A stretch of DNA of 64,000 nt from Candidatus Aenigmatarchaeota archaeon. Lineage in GTDB: Archaea > Aenigmatarchaeota > Aenigmatarchaeia > CG10238-14 > SpSt-28. The notes under the pieces were generated by a model. That model made no database searches and was not told the origin of the DNA. It saw only the letters and a list, made by a program, of their open reading frames with translations. Of the stretch, positions 26,880 through 36,798 are shown in pieces. Positions within the stretch are counted from its first letter, which is position 1, and each line of letters starts with the position of its first letter. The stretch spans positions 101,926 through 165,925 of the forward strand of contig JAHLMO010000001.1 in the NCBI GenBank assembly GCA_018920305.1, given 5' to 3'. The translations under genes and the position numbers were made by a program.

Positions 26880-29738
26880 CTATTTCTTTATTTCGATAAA
26901 AATTTTGATACCATCTAAATCTAATTCATATTTACTTGCTTTTTCAAAAAACAATATCGAATTAGTTTCGCTTTCGATTATTTCTTTATGTTTTTCTATT
27001 AATTTCTTAAATTCTTCATTACTTATATCTATAGCTATATTAATTTTTTCAAAAATACTTAGATTTTCTTTTTTTCTTACTTCTTGAATTTCTCTTATTA
27101 TTTCTCTTAAAATTCCTTCTTCTTTAAGTTTTTTGTCAATTTTTTTATACAAATATACTGTATAGTTTTCTGTATCAATTATTTCATAATCTTCTTTTGC
27201 TTCAAATGAATCTTTAAATTCTATTTTTTTAATATTAGTTAAAATAGATATTATTCTTTTTGCTTTTTTGGCATTCTTTATTTCTTCTTTCTTATAAACG
27301 ATAATAACCTTTTTTAATGGCTGTCTAATTTTTATTTTTGCTTTATTTCTCGCTTCTAAAATATCTTGTATTATTTTTTTTGCAACTTCTACAATATTTT
27401 CAATTTCACTTTTTATAAAACTTTTTTTGGGCTTTGGATAATTCTCTAGATGTACGCTTTCAAAATTTTTAATAAATGAAATTTCTTGGTAGTAATATTC
27501 TGCTAAAAATGGTGTGATAGGAGCTAATATTTTTAGAGATTTGTCAAGGATTTCTAATAATGTATATAAGGCACCTTCTTTATCTTTTCCATTATAGTTG
27601 ATCCAAACTCTATCTCTTATAATTTTTATATAGAATCTCGAAACATCTTCAACTAAAAATTCGAAGAATTTTTTGTTTAATACAAACAACTTATCTAATT
27701 CATAATTCTTTAATGCTTGATTATATTGTAATATTAAGCTATGAAGTTTCGAAAGTATATATTTATCTTCAATCTTTAAATTTTTCTTTTCTGGTTTTTT
27801 ATTAACATATAGTTTTATGAAATTAAATACATTTCTTATAATATTTAATTTTCTATTAATTTCTTCAACTTCTTTCCAATCAAAATAGTAATCTTCCCAT
27901 GGAAAACCAAGAAGAAAATACGCTCTTAAAACATCTCTTCCATACTTATCGATAATTTCTTCTGGAGCTACTATATTTCCTAAACTTTTACTCATTTTTC
28001 TTCCATGTGCATCTAATACGAAACCATGCATTACAATTCTTCTATATGGAGCTTCTCCAAGAGTCATATAGCTTGTAATAATTTGTGAATTCCACCAACC
28101 TCTAATTTGATCTGGACCTTCTATTTCTAGTTGTACTGGCCAAAATTTCTTAAAAAGTTTTTTGTTCTTATGTAAACCTATAGATGCCCACGGCGCAACA
28201 CCACTATCAAACCAAACATCTAGAACATCTTTAATTCTTTCCATTTCGCTTTTACATCTTTCGCACTTTAATTTTATTCGATCAATATATGGTCTATGCA
28301 AATCTTCTATTTCTATTCCTAATTCTTTAACACTTCCAATTACTTTTATATTTCCACAGTTTTTACATTCCCAAATTGGTAATGGAATACCCCAATATCT
28401 TTGTCTAGAAATTGGCCAATCTGATAAGTTTTGTAACCAATCTTTCATTCTATATTTAGCAGAATTTGGATACCAAACAACCTTTTCGATTTCTTCCAAT
28501 AACTTATCTCTAAATTCTGTAACTTTGAAAAACCATTGATGTATTGTTATTATATATAATGGACTTTTACATCTCCAACATATTGGATATTCATGCTTTA
28601 TTTTTTCTTCTTTTAATAGTGCATTTCTTTCTCTTAAAATTTTTATAACAATTTCGTTTACTTCTTTAATTGTTTTATCTTTAAAAATTCCAAAATTGAA
28701 AGTTCCATTTATATTTACACTATTTATAATTGGTAAGTTATATTCTTTGCAAACAATATAATCTTCTTTTCCATGTGCTGGTGCTGCATGAACTAAACCA
28801 CTACCTTCTGTTAAGCTAACAAATCTTTCGCTGAGAATTACTTTGTAAATATTTGATTTATCAAATTCTAATAAATCGCTAAATGGATGTTCATACTCTT
28901 TAAATTCTAATTCCTTTCCTTCAAATTCTCTTATTATTTCATAATTTGCCCAATTAAATTCTTTTGCTAATTTTTCTAACAAATCTTTTGCTACAATATA
29001 AATTTTATCATCAACTTTAACTTCTACATATTTTGCACTTGGTTTTACCATAATTGCTTCGTTATCTACTAAAGTCCATGGTGTTGTAGTCCAGATTATT
29101 AAATATTTATCTTCCTCTTTTAATTTAAATAGAACATAAATTGATGGATCTTCTAATTCTTCATATTCAATTTCGTTATAAGCTAAAACAGTTTCACATC
29201 TAGGACAAATGTGAACTGGATAAAATCCTTTAAACAAATATCCTTTTTTGTATGCTTCTTTAAAAGTATACCAGGCACCTTCAATATATTCATTTGTTAA
29301 AGTTAAATATGGATTATCGAAATTCATCCAGACTCCTAAATTTTTAAATTGTGAGTTCATTACTCCAATAAATTTTGTTGCAAAATTTTTACATTCTTTA
29401 ATAAAATTTTCTATTCCAAAATTTTCAATATCTTTTTTACTCTTAAAATTTAATTGTTTTTCTACTTGATATTCAATTGGTAAGCCATGAGTATCATAAC
29501 CTGCTTGATCCCAAACATTAAAACCATACATTTTATAAATTCTTATAAAAAAGTCTTTCAAAATTTTATTTAGAGCAGTACCCATATGAATGTATCCTGT
29601 AGCATAAGGAGGTCCATCTAAGAAGTAAAAAATTTTTTTATTTTTTAATTTTTCTTTTTGTTTATAATAAATTTTGTTTTCTTCCCAAAAATTTAAAATT
29701 TTTTCTTCTTGAATTTTAAAACTCATTAATAAAAACAT
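26880..29738 (-). CDS. ileS: Isoleucyl-tRNA synthetase.
   Basis: Class I core with PPYATGYIHMGTA (HIGH region, variant HMGT). DWPISRQRYWGIPLP (IleRS-type WCISRQ block). KMSKS (GRKMSKSLGN). Zinc-binding CPRC / CWRC motifs. Confidence 0.85.
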   Translation of the reverse strand: MFLLMSFKIQEEKILNFWEENKIYYKQKEKLKNKKIFYFLDGPPYATGYIHMGTALNKILKDFFIRIYKMYGFNVWDQAGYDTHGLPIEYQVEKQLNFKSKKDIENFGIENFIKECKNFATKFIGVMNSQFKNLGVWMNFDNPYLTLTNEYIEGAWYTFKEAYKKGYLFKGFYPVHICPRCETVLAYNEIEYEELEDPSIYVLFKLKEEDKYLIIWTTTPWTLVDNEAIMVKPSAKYVEVKVDDKIYIVAKDLLEKLAKEFNWANYEIIREFEGKELEFKEYEHPFSDLLEFDKSNIYKVILSERFVSLTEGSGLVHAAPAHGKEDYIVCKEYNLPIINSVNINGTFNFGIFKDKTIKEVNEIVIKILRERNALLKEEKIKHEYPICWRCKSPLYIITIHQWFFKVTEFRDKLLEEIEKVVWYPNSAKYRMKDWLQNLSDWPISRQRYWGIPLPIWECKNCGNIKVIGSVKELGIEIEDLHRPYIDRIKLKCERCKSEMERIKDVLDVWFDSGVAPWASIGLHKNKKLFKKFWPVQLEIEGPDQIRGWWNSQIITSYMTLGEAPYRRIVMHGFVLDAHGRKMSKSLGNIVAPEEIIDKYGRDVLRAYFLLGFPWEDYYFDWKEVEEINRKLNIIRNVFNFIKLYVNKKPEKKNLKIEDKYILSKLHSLILQYNQALKNYELDKLFVLNKKFFEFLVEDVSRFYIKIIRDRVWINYNGKDKEGALYTLLEILDKSLKILAPITPFLAEYYYQEISFIKNFESVHLENYPKPKKSFIKSEIENIVEVAKKIIQDILEARNKAKIKIRQPLKKVIIVYKKEEIKNAKKAKRIISILTNIKKIEFKDSFEAKEDYEIIDTENYTVYLYKKIDKKLKEEGILREIIREIQEVRKKENLSIFEKINIAIDISNEEFKKLIEKHKEIIESETNSILFFEKASKYELDLDGIKIFIEIKK

Positions 29739-29837
29739 TAAATTTAAAAAATAAATATTTTTGTTGAAAAATAGAAATTTATTAGTTAATTTTTGACTAT
29801 TGACATTTATTGTTCATACAAGAACATCTATAATTTT

Positions 29838-30185
29838 TCAAATTTTCATAACATGACTTCCAAACACACATAGAAAAATTTCTTCTGAAAGATTTCTGCA
29901 AATTTCTCTTGAACATCCATTATTAATTTCATTTTTATTATAGTCTACAAATCTTATTTTTTTGCTTATGTTTGCATTATATATTTTAACTATTTTTTTA
30001 CATAAACATCTACATATTACTCCATCTTTTTCAACTTTAACTTTTATCTCATCAGTACAGTAATTAACACTAATATAAACATTTGTTGTTTTATTTGATT
30101 CGTTTATAAAATAATAGTTTTTATATTCTTCTAAATCGAAACATTCTGTAATTTCAAAAATTTCTTTGATCTCTTTTGTTTTCAT
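29838..30185 (-). CDS. Hypothetical Cys-rich small protein.
   Basis: 115 aa with about 10 Cys (ITEC, YCTD, ICRCLC, GCSREIC). No family recognised. Confidence 0.25.
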   Translation of the reverse strand: MKTKEIKEIFEITECFDLEEYKNYYFINESNKTTNVYISVNYCTDEIKVKVEKDGVICRCLCKKIVKIYNANISKKIRFVDYNKNEINNGCSREICRNLSEEIFLCVFGSHVMKI

Positions 30186-30210
30186 AAAAATACTATAAAA
30201 CTATAATAAA

Positions 30211-30283
30211 TGGGGCCGCTGGGATTTGAACCCAGGTCACTGGTACCCGAAACCAGCGTCCTTCCAAGCTAGACTACGGCCCC
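30211..30283 (-). tRNA. tRNA-Pro (anticodon CGG).
   Basis: Reverse complement GGGGCCG...CTGGT-TTCGGGT-ACCAG...CTGGG-TTCAAAT-CCCAG-CGGCCCC-A. The GGATTTGAACC signature is on the plus strand. Confidence 0.85.
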
Positions 30284-30388
30284 ATAATCGGTTAATTTTG
30301 TTTAATATGCTTATTTTTTCAGCTTTTCATTTTTAATTATGATGAAGCCGGTATTATCTGAGAAATGATGAAGAAGGTTTCGTCTGAG

Positions 30389-32554
30389 TTATTCTAATTC
30401 TCTATAATCTATTTTTAAATCCTTCAATATTTTTTGATTTAGTAGTTTTTCATCTCCAACGATACTTTTAACTTTCTCAGCTGTTTTTGGGCCTAAAATT
30501 AAAGATAAAGTAGCCAATGGAATTTTTCTTAATTGTTCAATAGTTCTTATTCCATAGTTATATAATTTTCTTGCTCTAGCTTTTCCAATTCCTTCAATTC
30601 TTATTAATGGTATTAATTCCTCCTTTATACCATATTTTACTCTAATCCTTAATTTCTTAATCTTTTTTAATATTTCTAATTTACCTAACAATAAGGCAAG
30701 CTCATGTAAGCTATATAGCATCCAATCTGCAATTTCTAAAATTCCTCTTAATTCTCCAGGTGTTATTTTAAATTCTTTTAAAATTTCATCTTCGTTTTTT
30801 TCATTAATCCAAGAATCTAATATTAATGATAATTTAAATGTTGGTAAAAAATATTCAAATTCTAAGTCAAATTCATTTGGAATTTCTATTAAAAATTTTC
30901 CTAAATTTGAATAATAAAAATTCAATAGCTTTTCATATTCTTTATCTCTAACATTAACTAAAAATTTCATTTCTGTAGTGCTTGAAATTAATTGAAAAAT
31001 CAAAATTTCTTTTGTTTCTTCATTTATTTTTTGAATTCCATTTATTAAAATTTTTGCACTTAATGGATCTATATATAATTCGCTAACTCTTTTTCCAATT
31101 CTTGTTGCTCTTAATTCTTTTTCTTTTTCTTCAATAAACTTCCAATTTTTTAATAACTTAATTATTTCTTTTGATTTTGTTTCTAAAAATTTTTTGTTTT
31201 TTGTTTGATAATAAAAGAAAGATGTTTTTAAAAATTCAACTAATTCTTTTTCGTCTTTTACAAAATTCGAAGAAATTAAAGATAATATTTGAGATCTTAA
31301 TATAACTTCGTTTCCAATTTTTGAAATTATTTCTTCTAAATCTCCAAAAATATATCTCTTAAATAACATTTTGGCTTCTGCTTTTGTTTTTGCAAATAAT
31401 AATCCTATACCAAATTTATCATATGGAACTCTTCCAGCTCTACCGACCATTTGCTTATATTCTATATTTGAAATAAACTCTTTTTTTCCAGATTCAAATC
31501 TTTGATAATTAGCTATTAATACGCAAAAGCTTGGTAAATTTAATCCCATAGATAACGTTGTAGTAGAAACCAAAACCCTTATTTTTTTATTTCTAAACAA
31601 ATCTTCTATGATTTTTCTCTGTTTATATACTAAACCAGCATGATGAAATGCAATCCCATTTTTTAACAATTCAGATAATTTTCTACATTGTTCTGTAGGT
31701 ACTTCTAGCGCATTTAAAATTTCTTTAGAAAAGTGAGTTAAGTCTTCTCTAACATATTTTTTTGTTATTTCACTTAATTTTTTAGCTAAGTTTTCAGCTT
31801 CTTTTCGTGTTGAACAAAAGATTAATATTTGTTTATCTTTATCTAATAGAGTTTTAATTAATCCTTCTATACCATTTTCTTTTAATTTTATTTTTTTATA
31901 GTTATTTAAATAGATATAGTTATTTAATAAAACACCTTCGTATAAATTTACAGGTCTAAAATCTGTTTTATAAAAATTAATATTTAGCCAATTTGCGATT
32001 TCTTCAACATTTTTTATTGTAGCACTTAATCCAATTATTTTTATGTTTGGAATAATTTTTTTAATTTTCATTATAAGAAATTCTAATGTTGGACCTCTAT
32101 GAAAATCGTTTAGTAAATGAATTTCATCAATAATTATTAATCCCACTTGAGAAATCCAATTAGCTTCATGTCTAATTAAAGAATCTAATTTTTCATATGT
32201 AGTAATAATAATATCATAATAAATTAGAAAATCATCCGCACTATCATAATCTCCAACACTAATTGCAACTTTATAATTTTTAAATATATTTTTGAATTCT
32301 TCGAATTTTTCATTCGCTAATGCAACTAGAGGAACACAGTAAACAACTTTATTATTTTTTTCTAATTCTTTTGCAATAGATAATATTGTTAATAAAGTTT
32401 TTCCACTATTAGTTGGAGCAGAAATTATATAACTGCTATCTATAAATTTTAAACATTCTTTTTGATATTCGTAAAGTTCATTAATTCCTTTTTGCTTTAA
32501 AGAATTAATTATCGAGGAATCTATTTTAAAATTAATCAAATCTTCTATTTTCAT
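30389..32554 (-). CDS. hel308: Hel308/Ski2-like DNA helicase.
   Basis: Walker A APTNSGKT. DEIH box (IIIDEIHLL). Motif VI QMVGRAGR. About 720 aa with a C-terminal winged-helix/HhH region, typical of archaeal Hel308. Confidence 0.8.
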   Translation of the reverse strand: MKIEDLINFKIDSSIINSLKQKGINELYEYQKECLKFIDSSYIISAPTNSGKTLLTILSIAKELEKNNKVVYCVPLVALANEKFEEFKNIFKNYKVAISVGDYDSADDFLIYYDIIITTYEKLDSLIRHEANWISQVGLIIIDEIHLLNDFHRGPTLEFLIMKIKKIIPNIKIIGLSATIKNVEEIANWLNINFYKTDFRPVNLYEGVLLNNYIYLNNYKKIKLKENGIEGLIKTLLDKDKQILIFCSTRKEAENLAKKLSEITKKYVREDLTHFSKEILNALEVPTEQCRKLSELLKNGIAFHHAGLVYKQRKIIEDLFRNKKIRVLVSTTTLSMGLNLPSFCVLIANYQRFESGKKEFISNIEYKQMVGRAGRVPYDKFGIGLLFAKTKAEAKMLFKRYIFGDLEEIISKIGNEVILRSQILSLISSNFVKDEKELVEFLKTSFFYYQTKNKKFLETKSKEIIKLLKNWKFIEEKEKELRATRIGKRVSELYIDPLSAKILINGIQKINEETKEILIFQLISSTTEMKFLVNVRDKEYEKLLNFYYSNLGKFLIEIPNEFDLEFEYFLPTFKLSLILDSWINEKNEDEILKEFKITPGELRGILEIADWMLYSLHELALLLGKLEILKKIKKLRIRVKYGIKEELIPLIRIEGIGKARARKLYNYGIRTIEQLRKIPLATLSLILGPKTAEKVKSIVGDEKLLNQKILKDLKIDYRELE

Positions 32555-32571
32555 AAATTATTTGAAATAAC

Positions 32572-33129
32572 TTAACTTTCTTTTTCTATTTCAAAAATTA
32601 TTTTAAATTGTTTGTTTTCATTTTTTAATTTTTCTATAATTCTTCTATCTATATCTATTGCAGCTTTTGTAGATAATATTGCTGCGGTTCTATCATCTAT
32701 ATAATCACTCTTTCTAATTACTATTGATTTATCGTTAGTTAATTTTAATGCTGGTGAACCAAATGCATAAAATGTATCTTCAAGTTCATCTACTTTAATT
32801 GTAATTTTTACTTTTGCTCCACTTTTTAAAGCAATTTTAAATTCTTCGCTAAAATCATTTACACTTTTATTTGCTTTTATTCCAATAATACAATCTCCTT
32901 TTTCTGTTAAGAAATTTTCTTTCGTAATTTCTAAAGTAGATTCGTGAGTAGCTTGTATATTTGGATGACCATAAGCAATAACTTCTTCTTTAATACTTTC
33001 AAAAATTTTAACTATTCTCCATCTATTTCTTTCTAATTCAAAAATTCCAAAAGCAGAACGAAAATAAGGAATATTTTTTTCTTCTAGTCTTCTTATAATT
33101 TCAATTCTTTCTTGAAATTTATCAACCAT
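32572..33129 (-). CDS. DUF371-family protein (archaeal, function unknown).
   Basis: Conserved blocks AYGHPNIQATHESTLEITKE and GDCIIGI match the DUF371 pattern. 185 aa. Confidence 0.5.
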   Translation of the reverse strand: MVDKFQERIEIIRRLEEKNIPYFRSAFGIFELERNRWRIVKIFESIKEEVIAYGHPNIQATHESTLEITKENFLTEKGDCIIGIKANKSVNDFSEEFKIALKSGAKVKITIKVDELEDTFYAFGSPALKLTNDKSIVIRKSDYIDDRTAAILSTKAAIDIDRRIIEKLKNENKQFKIIFEIEKES

Positions 33130-33165
33130 AAAAAATAAATTAAAAAAAAATAGGGTGTTAAGGAA

Positions 33166-33426
33166 TTATTCCGCTTTTATTTTTATATACTTATGAAGGA
33201 AGAAGTTATATATTAAAGCCACTATTATGCCACCTATAAATCCTGATATGAATCCTACTATTGGACCGAGTATAAGCATTGGTAAACCAACTGCCATTCC
33301 TAAAGCTCCTGCTAAAGCCGCTACTCCAAGAGTTGATATTAGTCCAAAAACAAAAGAAAGTATTGCTGATATTACTCCCATTACTAAGCCAAAAGATACA
33401 TAGTCGAGCTTTTCTATTTCTTTCAT
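33166..33426 (-). CDS. Small glycine-zipper membrane protein.
   Basis: 86 aa with two TM helices and GxxxG repeats (GVAALAGALGMAVGLPMLILGPIVGFISGFIGGII). Confidence 0.3.
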   Translation of the reverse strand: MKEIEKLDYVSFGLVMGVISAILSFVFGLISTLGVAALAGALGMAVGLPMLILGPIVGFISGFIGGIIVALIYNFFLHKYIKIKAE

Positions 33427-33432
33427 AATATA

Positions 33433-34275
33433 TTATAACTTTTTATTTAAATATATAATGTTGTTTCTTCCTCTTTTTTCAACGCTTACTATTCCTCTTT
33501 GCTTAAAAGACGAAATTATTTTGCTTATTTTTGCTTTAGAAAGTTGAGTTAATTCTACTAATTTTTTTTGATTTATTGGATTGTTTTTCATTAATATTTC
33601 TAAAACTTTTCTTTCGTTTATATCTAAAACTTCAATTATTTTCTTTCTTTCTTTTTCTAATTTAATTTTATAGTATAGATAAAGTATTGCAATAATAATT
33701 AGGGAAGCTATTACTATTATTGTTATTATTGAATAAGGTAATGGGATTATTTTTTCTATCTTCTTTAATGTAAAACTTAATTCAAAAGTTGTTATATTAT
33801 TTTTTCTTACAAATAAAATAATTCTTTTTCCATCGCTTAAAAAAGTTATATTTTCTGCAATTTCTTCTTTTTCTTCTTTTACAGCATATCCAATTGGTAA
33901 AAAAATAGATATATAAAATCTTTCTGCTTTTGTTAATAATTTAAATTCATATCTATTTTTTTCATCTACTATTTTATCTGTTTCTACTGAAATTTTAAAA
34001 GAAATAGGTAAATCTGAAATATTTAATACTTCGCAAATTATTGAATTTTTTTCAAAAAGATTACAATTAACTTTATCGCTTCCTTCTAATATTTTTAGAT
34101 TATATAATTCTTTGTTAAAAACCATTGAAATATCTTTTTCTTTTAAAGTTATTGTTATGTTATTAATTGTTTTTAAATCTTCTGTTATATATTGATCTAT
34201 CGATATTATATTGTTACTTAAAGCAAGTGGTAAAATTAGTATTGCTATAATCACGATTTTAGCGAGTTTATTCAT
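33433..34275 (-). CDS. Membrane-anchored transcription regulator with a C-terminal winged HTH.
   Basis: N-terminal signal/TM, extracytoplasmic domain, second TM helix, then a cytoplasmic TrmB/ArsR-like wHTH (ERKVLEILMKNNPINQKKLVELTQLSKAKISKIISSFKQRGIVSV). Confidence 0.45.
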   Translation of the reverse strand: MNKLAKIVIIAILILPLALSNNIISIDQYITEDLKTINNITITLKEKDISMVFNKELYNLKILEGSDKVNCNLFEKNSIICEVLNISDLPISFKISVETDKIVDEKNRYEFKLLTKAERFYISIFLPIGYAVKEEKEEIAENITFLSDGKRIILFVRKNNITTFELSFTLKKIEKIIPLPYSIITIIVIASLIIIAILYLYYKIKLEKERKKIIEVLDINERKVLEILMKNNPINQKKLVELTQLSKAKISKIISSFKQRGIVSVEKRGRNNIIYLNKKL

Positions 34276-34329
34276 ATTTTAATTAATAAATTTAAAATTT
34301 TTAAGTTTTTTCTTTTTGTATTTTAAAAA

Positions 34330-34445
34330 ATCAAAAAAATTTTAATTTTTATTTAATTTTCTAAAAAAATTTTAATTTATAAACATTTTTCTAAAAAATT
34401 TTTAATTTATAAACTAAAATCTAAAAAAATTTTTTAATTAAAAAA
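34330..34445. repeat. Degenerate tandem A/T repeats (unit about ctaaaaaaatttttaatttataaac, about 3 copies) upstream of the S-layer-like gene.
   Basis: Read directly: ...ctaaaaaaattttaatttataaac / atttttctaaaaaatttttaatttataaac / taaaatctaaaaaaattttttaatta. Confidence 0.7.
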
Positions 34446-34500
34446 TTGGCTGTAAACTGTTTACTGATCGATTTAAATAACCCTACCCCTTTCTTTATTT

Positions 34501-34551
34501 ATGGAAAATCCTTACCAGAGCTATGTAGCAATGAAGGTAAGGATTTTCCAT
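34501..34551 (+). promoter_or_regulatory. Perfect 16-bp inverted repeat (ATGGAAAATCCTTACC ... GGTAAGGATTTTCCAT) with a 19-nt spacer, ending 16 nt before the S-layer-like gene start.
   Basis: Read directly. The two halves are exact reverse complements. A 20-codon ORF (MENPYQSYVAMKVRIFHAAK, stop at 34561-34563) spans it. Confidence 0.6.
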
Positions 34552-34566
34552 GCTGCTAAATAAACC

Positions 34567-36708
34567 ATGACGCTCGTAAAAAAACTTGGTGCAATAGCAC
34601 TTGGAAGCATTTTATTAGCTTCAACTCTAGTACCTTTAGCAGCTGCACAATTAGATGTTAAAACAGCTGTAGAAAGATTAGGAGCTCCTGGAGATTATTG
34701 GATAGTAGTTGGAAGAGATGCACTAGTTGATGATATTATATCTGCTATTGATTTAGCAACAAGATTTGCAGGATTTGCAACAACAGAAAAACAATTAACT
34801 GGAACAAAAGAATATGAAATAAAAGGATGGGATGTAAGATTAAATCTAGATTCTGATGATTTAGAAACTGGATTACCAGGATTTATAAGTATATATGATA
34901 AAAATGTATTGCCACAATTAAAAGATAATTTAGTAGTTAGAAACGGAACAAGATCAATTAGCGGAGTTGCAGAATATGTAAAATTAGGAAAAGATAATGG
35001 CGATAAAGCTATTCAATTAGCTTCAGAAATTTATGCTAATTCAACATTAGCTATAGCTTTAAGTCCACAAGGTGAAGGTAAGTATTACTTAAAATATTAT
35101 GTAGCATTAGATGATAATACTTGTAAAAACAGAATTTATGCAGATGCTACTCAAGGTTTATTAGTAAGATTTAAATTAGCTGGTAAAGATGTTGTAATTT
35201 CTGAAGTAGGAAATAATGAAGTAAAATTATTAAGTGGTTTTGGACCAGAATGGATAAATGCAGGTGATGTAAGAGATATTACAGGAACATCTTATAAATT
35301 AAGATTAGATAATGTAATTGGTTTTGGAAGCGATGCAGTAGTTCAATTATCTGTAATTGATGAAAGAGGAGTAGCATATCCATTAGTATTATATCCAGGA
35401 CAATATGATGTTGAACCAACAACAGAAGTAAAAGTAGTTGTTTTAAGAGCATTTGGATTTGGAGACACAAAAATGGCATATTTAGTCGCTGGAGTTGAAA
35501 GTGAAGTTAAAGATGGAGATAGATTAGACAATATATTCAAATGGTATGTTGCAACTTGTAGTGGTACAGGTGTTAATTACTTAAAAGAAATAGGATACAA
35601 ATTAGCTCCAAATGAAACAGTATATTTAGAACCAGGACAATCAATAGCATTTCCAAATAATTACTTGAAATTACAATACTTAGGATTAACATTAACTGAA
35701 AAAGATTATTTAGCTACAGTAAACTTTAGAGTTGTTGATATGCCAACTGATAAAGATAAATACTATGGAGTATGTTCTGATCTTAGTTCTGTAAGTGGTG
35801 TTGGAGTAGAAATTAGTGGAGTACCATTATATACGAAAGAAAAAGTCTATGACAAGCTATATGCAATTCATGCTACTTGTAGCAGCCAAAATATTTCAGC
35901 AATAGTTGCATATGATTCAAAAGATCAAAAATATGTAAAGTTAGATCTAGATAACTATCCTGTAACTGTTGGACCAACAGGTTTAAGTTTAGGTAGTAAT
36001 TTAGAGGGTGATGATGATGATAAAGACATTAAGGTAACACTATCAAAAAGTGGAAGTAATCTAGATATAATAGTTGATGATGAAGATAAAGTAATTACAA
36101 ATGTAGTTGGAGCAAGGAATAGCGATTTCCAAATAGGAGTAGATAATTTAATAAGTAATTTCAATAATACTTGGGTATACACAGCATTTGGTCACAAAAT
36201 ATTTGTATCTAGCGATGCAAAATCATTAACATTAAAGTGGACTCCAGTTCAAGGATATGCAAGAGTTGTATTAGGAGAAGCTACTGAAAAAGTAGCTGGC
36301 GGAGAAGTAGTTAGAGTATTAGATGTAAATAGATTACAAGTTCCAGTTGCAAAATTAGATACAGAGGTTAATTTAGCTACAGCAGATAAAAATCTAGTAG
36401 TTGTTGGAGGTCCATATGTTAACAGAGTTGCAGCAGCATTATTAAATGTACCATATAGAGATGATAGTGCAATAAGAGCATTATATGGAGATTTAGGAGC
36501 AATAGAAAGAGGATTAATAAAAGCTTTTGATTTAGGAGGAGGAAAAGTTGCATTATTAGTAGCTGGATGGAGAGCAGAAGATACAAGATTAGCAGCTAGT
36601 GTATTACAACAATACGAAAGATTTGCAGATAGATTAGCAGCTGGAGATACATTAATAATTGGAGGAACTAGAGAAGCTCCAACAATAGAAGCAAAAACTT
36701 CCAAGTAA
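34567..36708 (+). CDS. Secreted cell-surface protein, S-layer protein candidate.
   Basis: N-terminal signal peptide (MTLVKKLGAIALGSILLASTLVPLAAAQ). 713 aa. Composition shifts to A/G/V/D/T/L-rich and K-poor compared with the other proteins in the window. Long structured upstream region and a T-rich terminator. Confidence 0.55.
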   Translation: MTLVKKLGAIALGSILLASTLVPLAAAQLDVKTAVERLGAPGDYWIVVGRDALVDDIISAIDLATRFAGFATTEKQLTGTKEYEIKGWDVRLNLDSDDLETGLPGFISIYDKNVLPQLKDNLVVRNGTRSISGVAEYVKLGKDNGDKAIQLASEIYANSTLAIALSPQGEGKYYLKYYVALDDNTCKNRIYADATQGLLVRFKLAGKDVVISEVGNNEVKLLSGFGPEWINAGDVRDITGTSYKLRLDNVIGFGSDAVVQLSVIDERGVAYPLVLYPGQYDVEPTTEVKVVVLRAFGFGDTKMAYLVAGVESEVKDGDRLDNIFKWYVATCSGTGVNYLKEIGYKLAPNETVYLEPGQSIAFPNNYLKLQYLGLTLTEKDYLATVNFRVVDMPTDKDKYYGVCSDLSSVSGVGVEISGVPLYTKEKVYDKLYAIHATCSSQNISAIVAYDSKDQKYVKLDLDNYPVTVGPTGLSLGSNLEGDDDDKDIKVTLSKSGSNLDIIVDDEDKVITNVVGARNSDFQIGVDNLISNFNNTWVYTAFGHKIFVSSDAKSLTLKWTPVQGYARVVLGEATEKVAGGEVVRVLDVNRLQVPVAKLDTEVNLATADKNLVVVGGPYVNRVAAALLNVPYRDDSAIRALYGDLGAIERGLIKAFDLGGGKVALLVAGWRAEDTRLAASVLQQYERFADRLAAGDTLIIGGTREAPTIEAKTSK

Positions 36709-36742
36709 TCTCTTCTCCTTTTTTTCTTTTTTATTTTTTAAA
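36709..36742 (+). terminator. Oligo-T tract (archaeal-type terminator) after the S-layer-like gene.
   Basis: Sequence tctcttctcctttttttcttttttattttttaaat immediately after the TAA. Confidence 0.45.
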
Positions 36743-36798
36743 TAAAAATAAAATTTAAAATTTTTTATGCGATGATATAGCTGTCCCAGAATGAATTT

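Noticed and set aside
35279-36704. Several minus-strand ORFs (65-151 aa) inside the S-layer-like gene
   Set aside because: Antisense ORFs produced by the locally higher GC and low stop-codon density of the S-layer gene.
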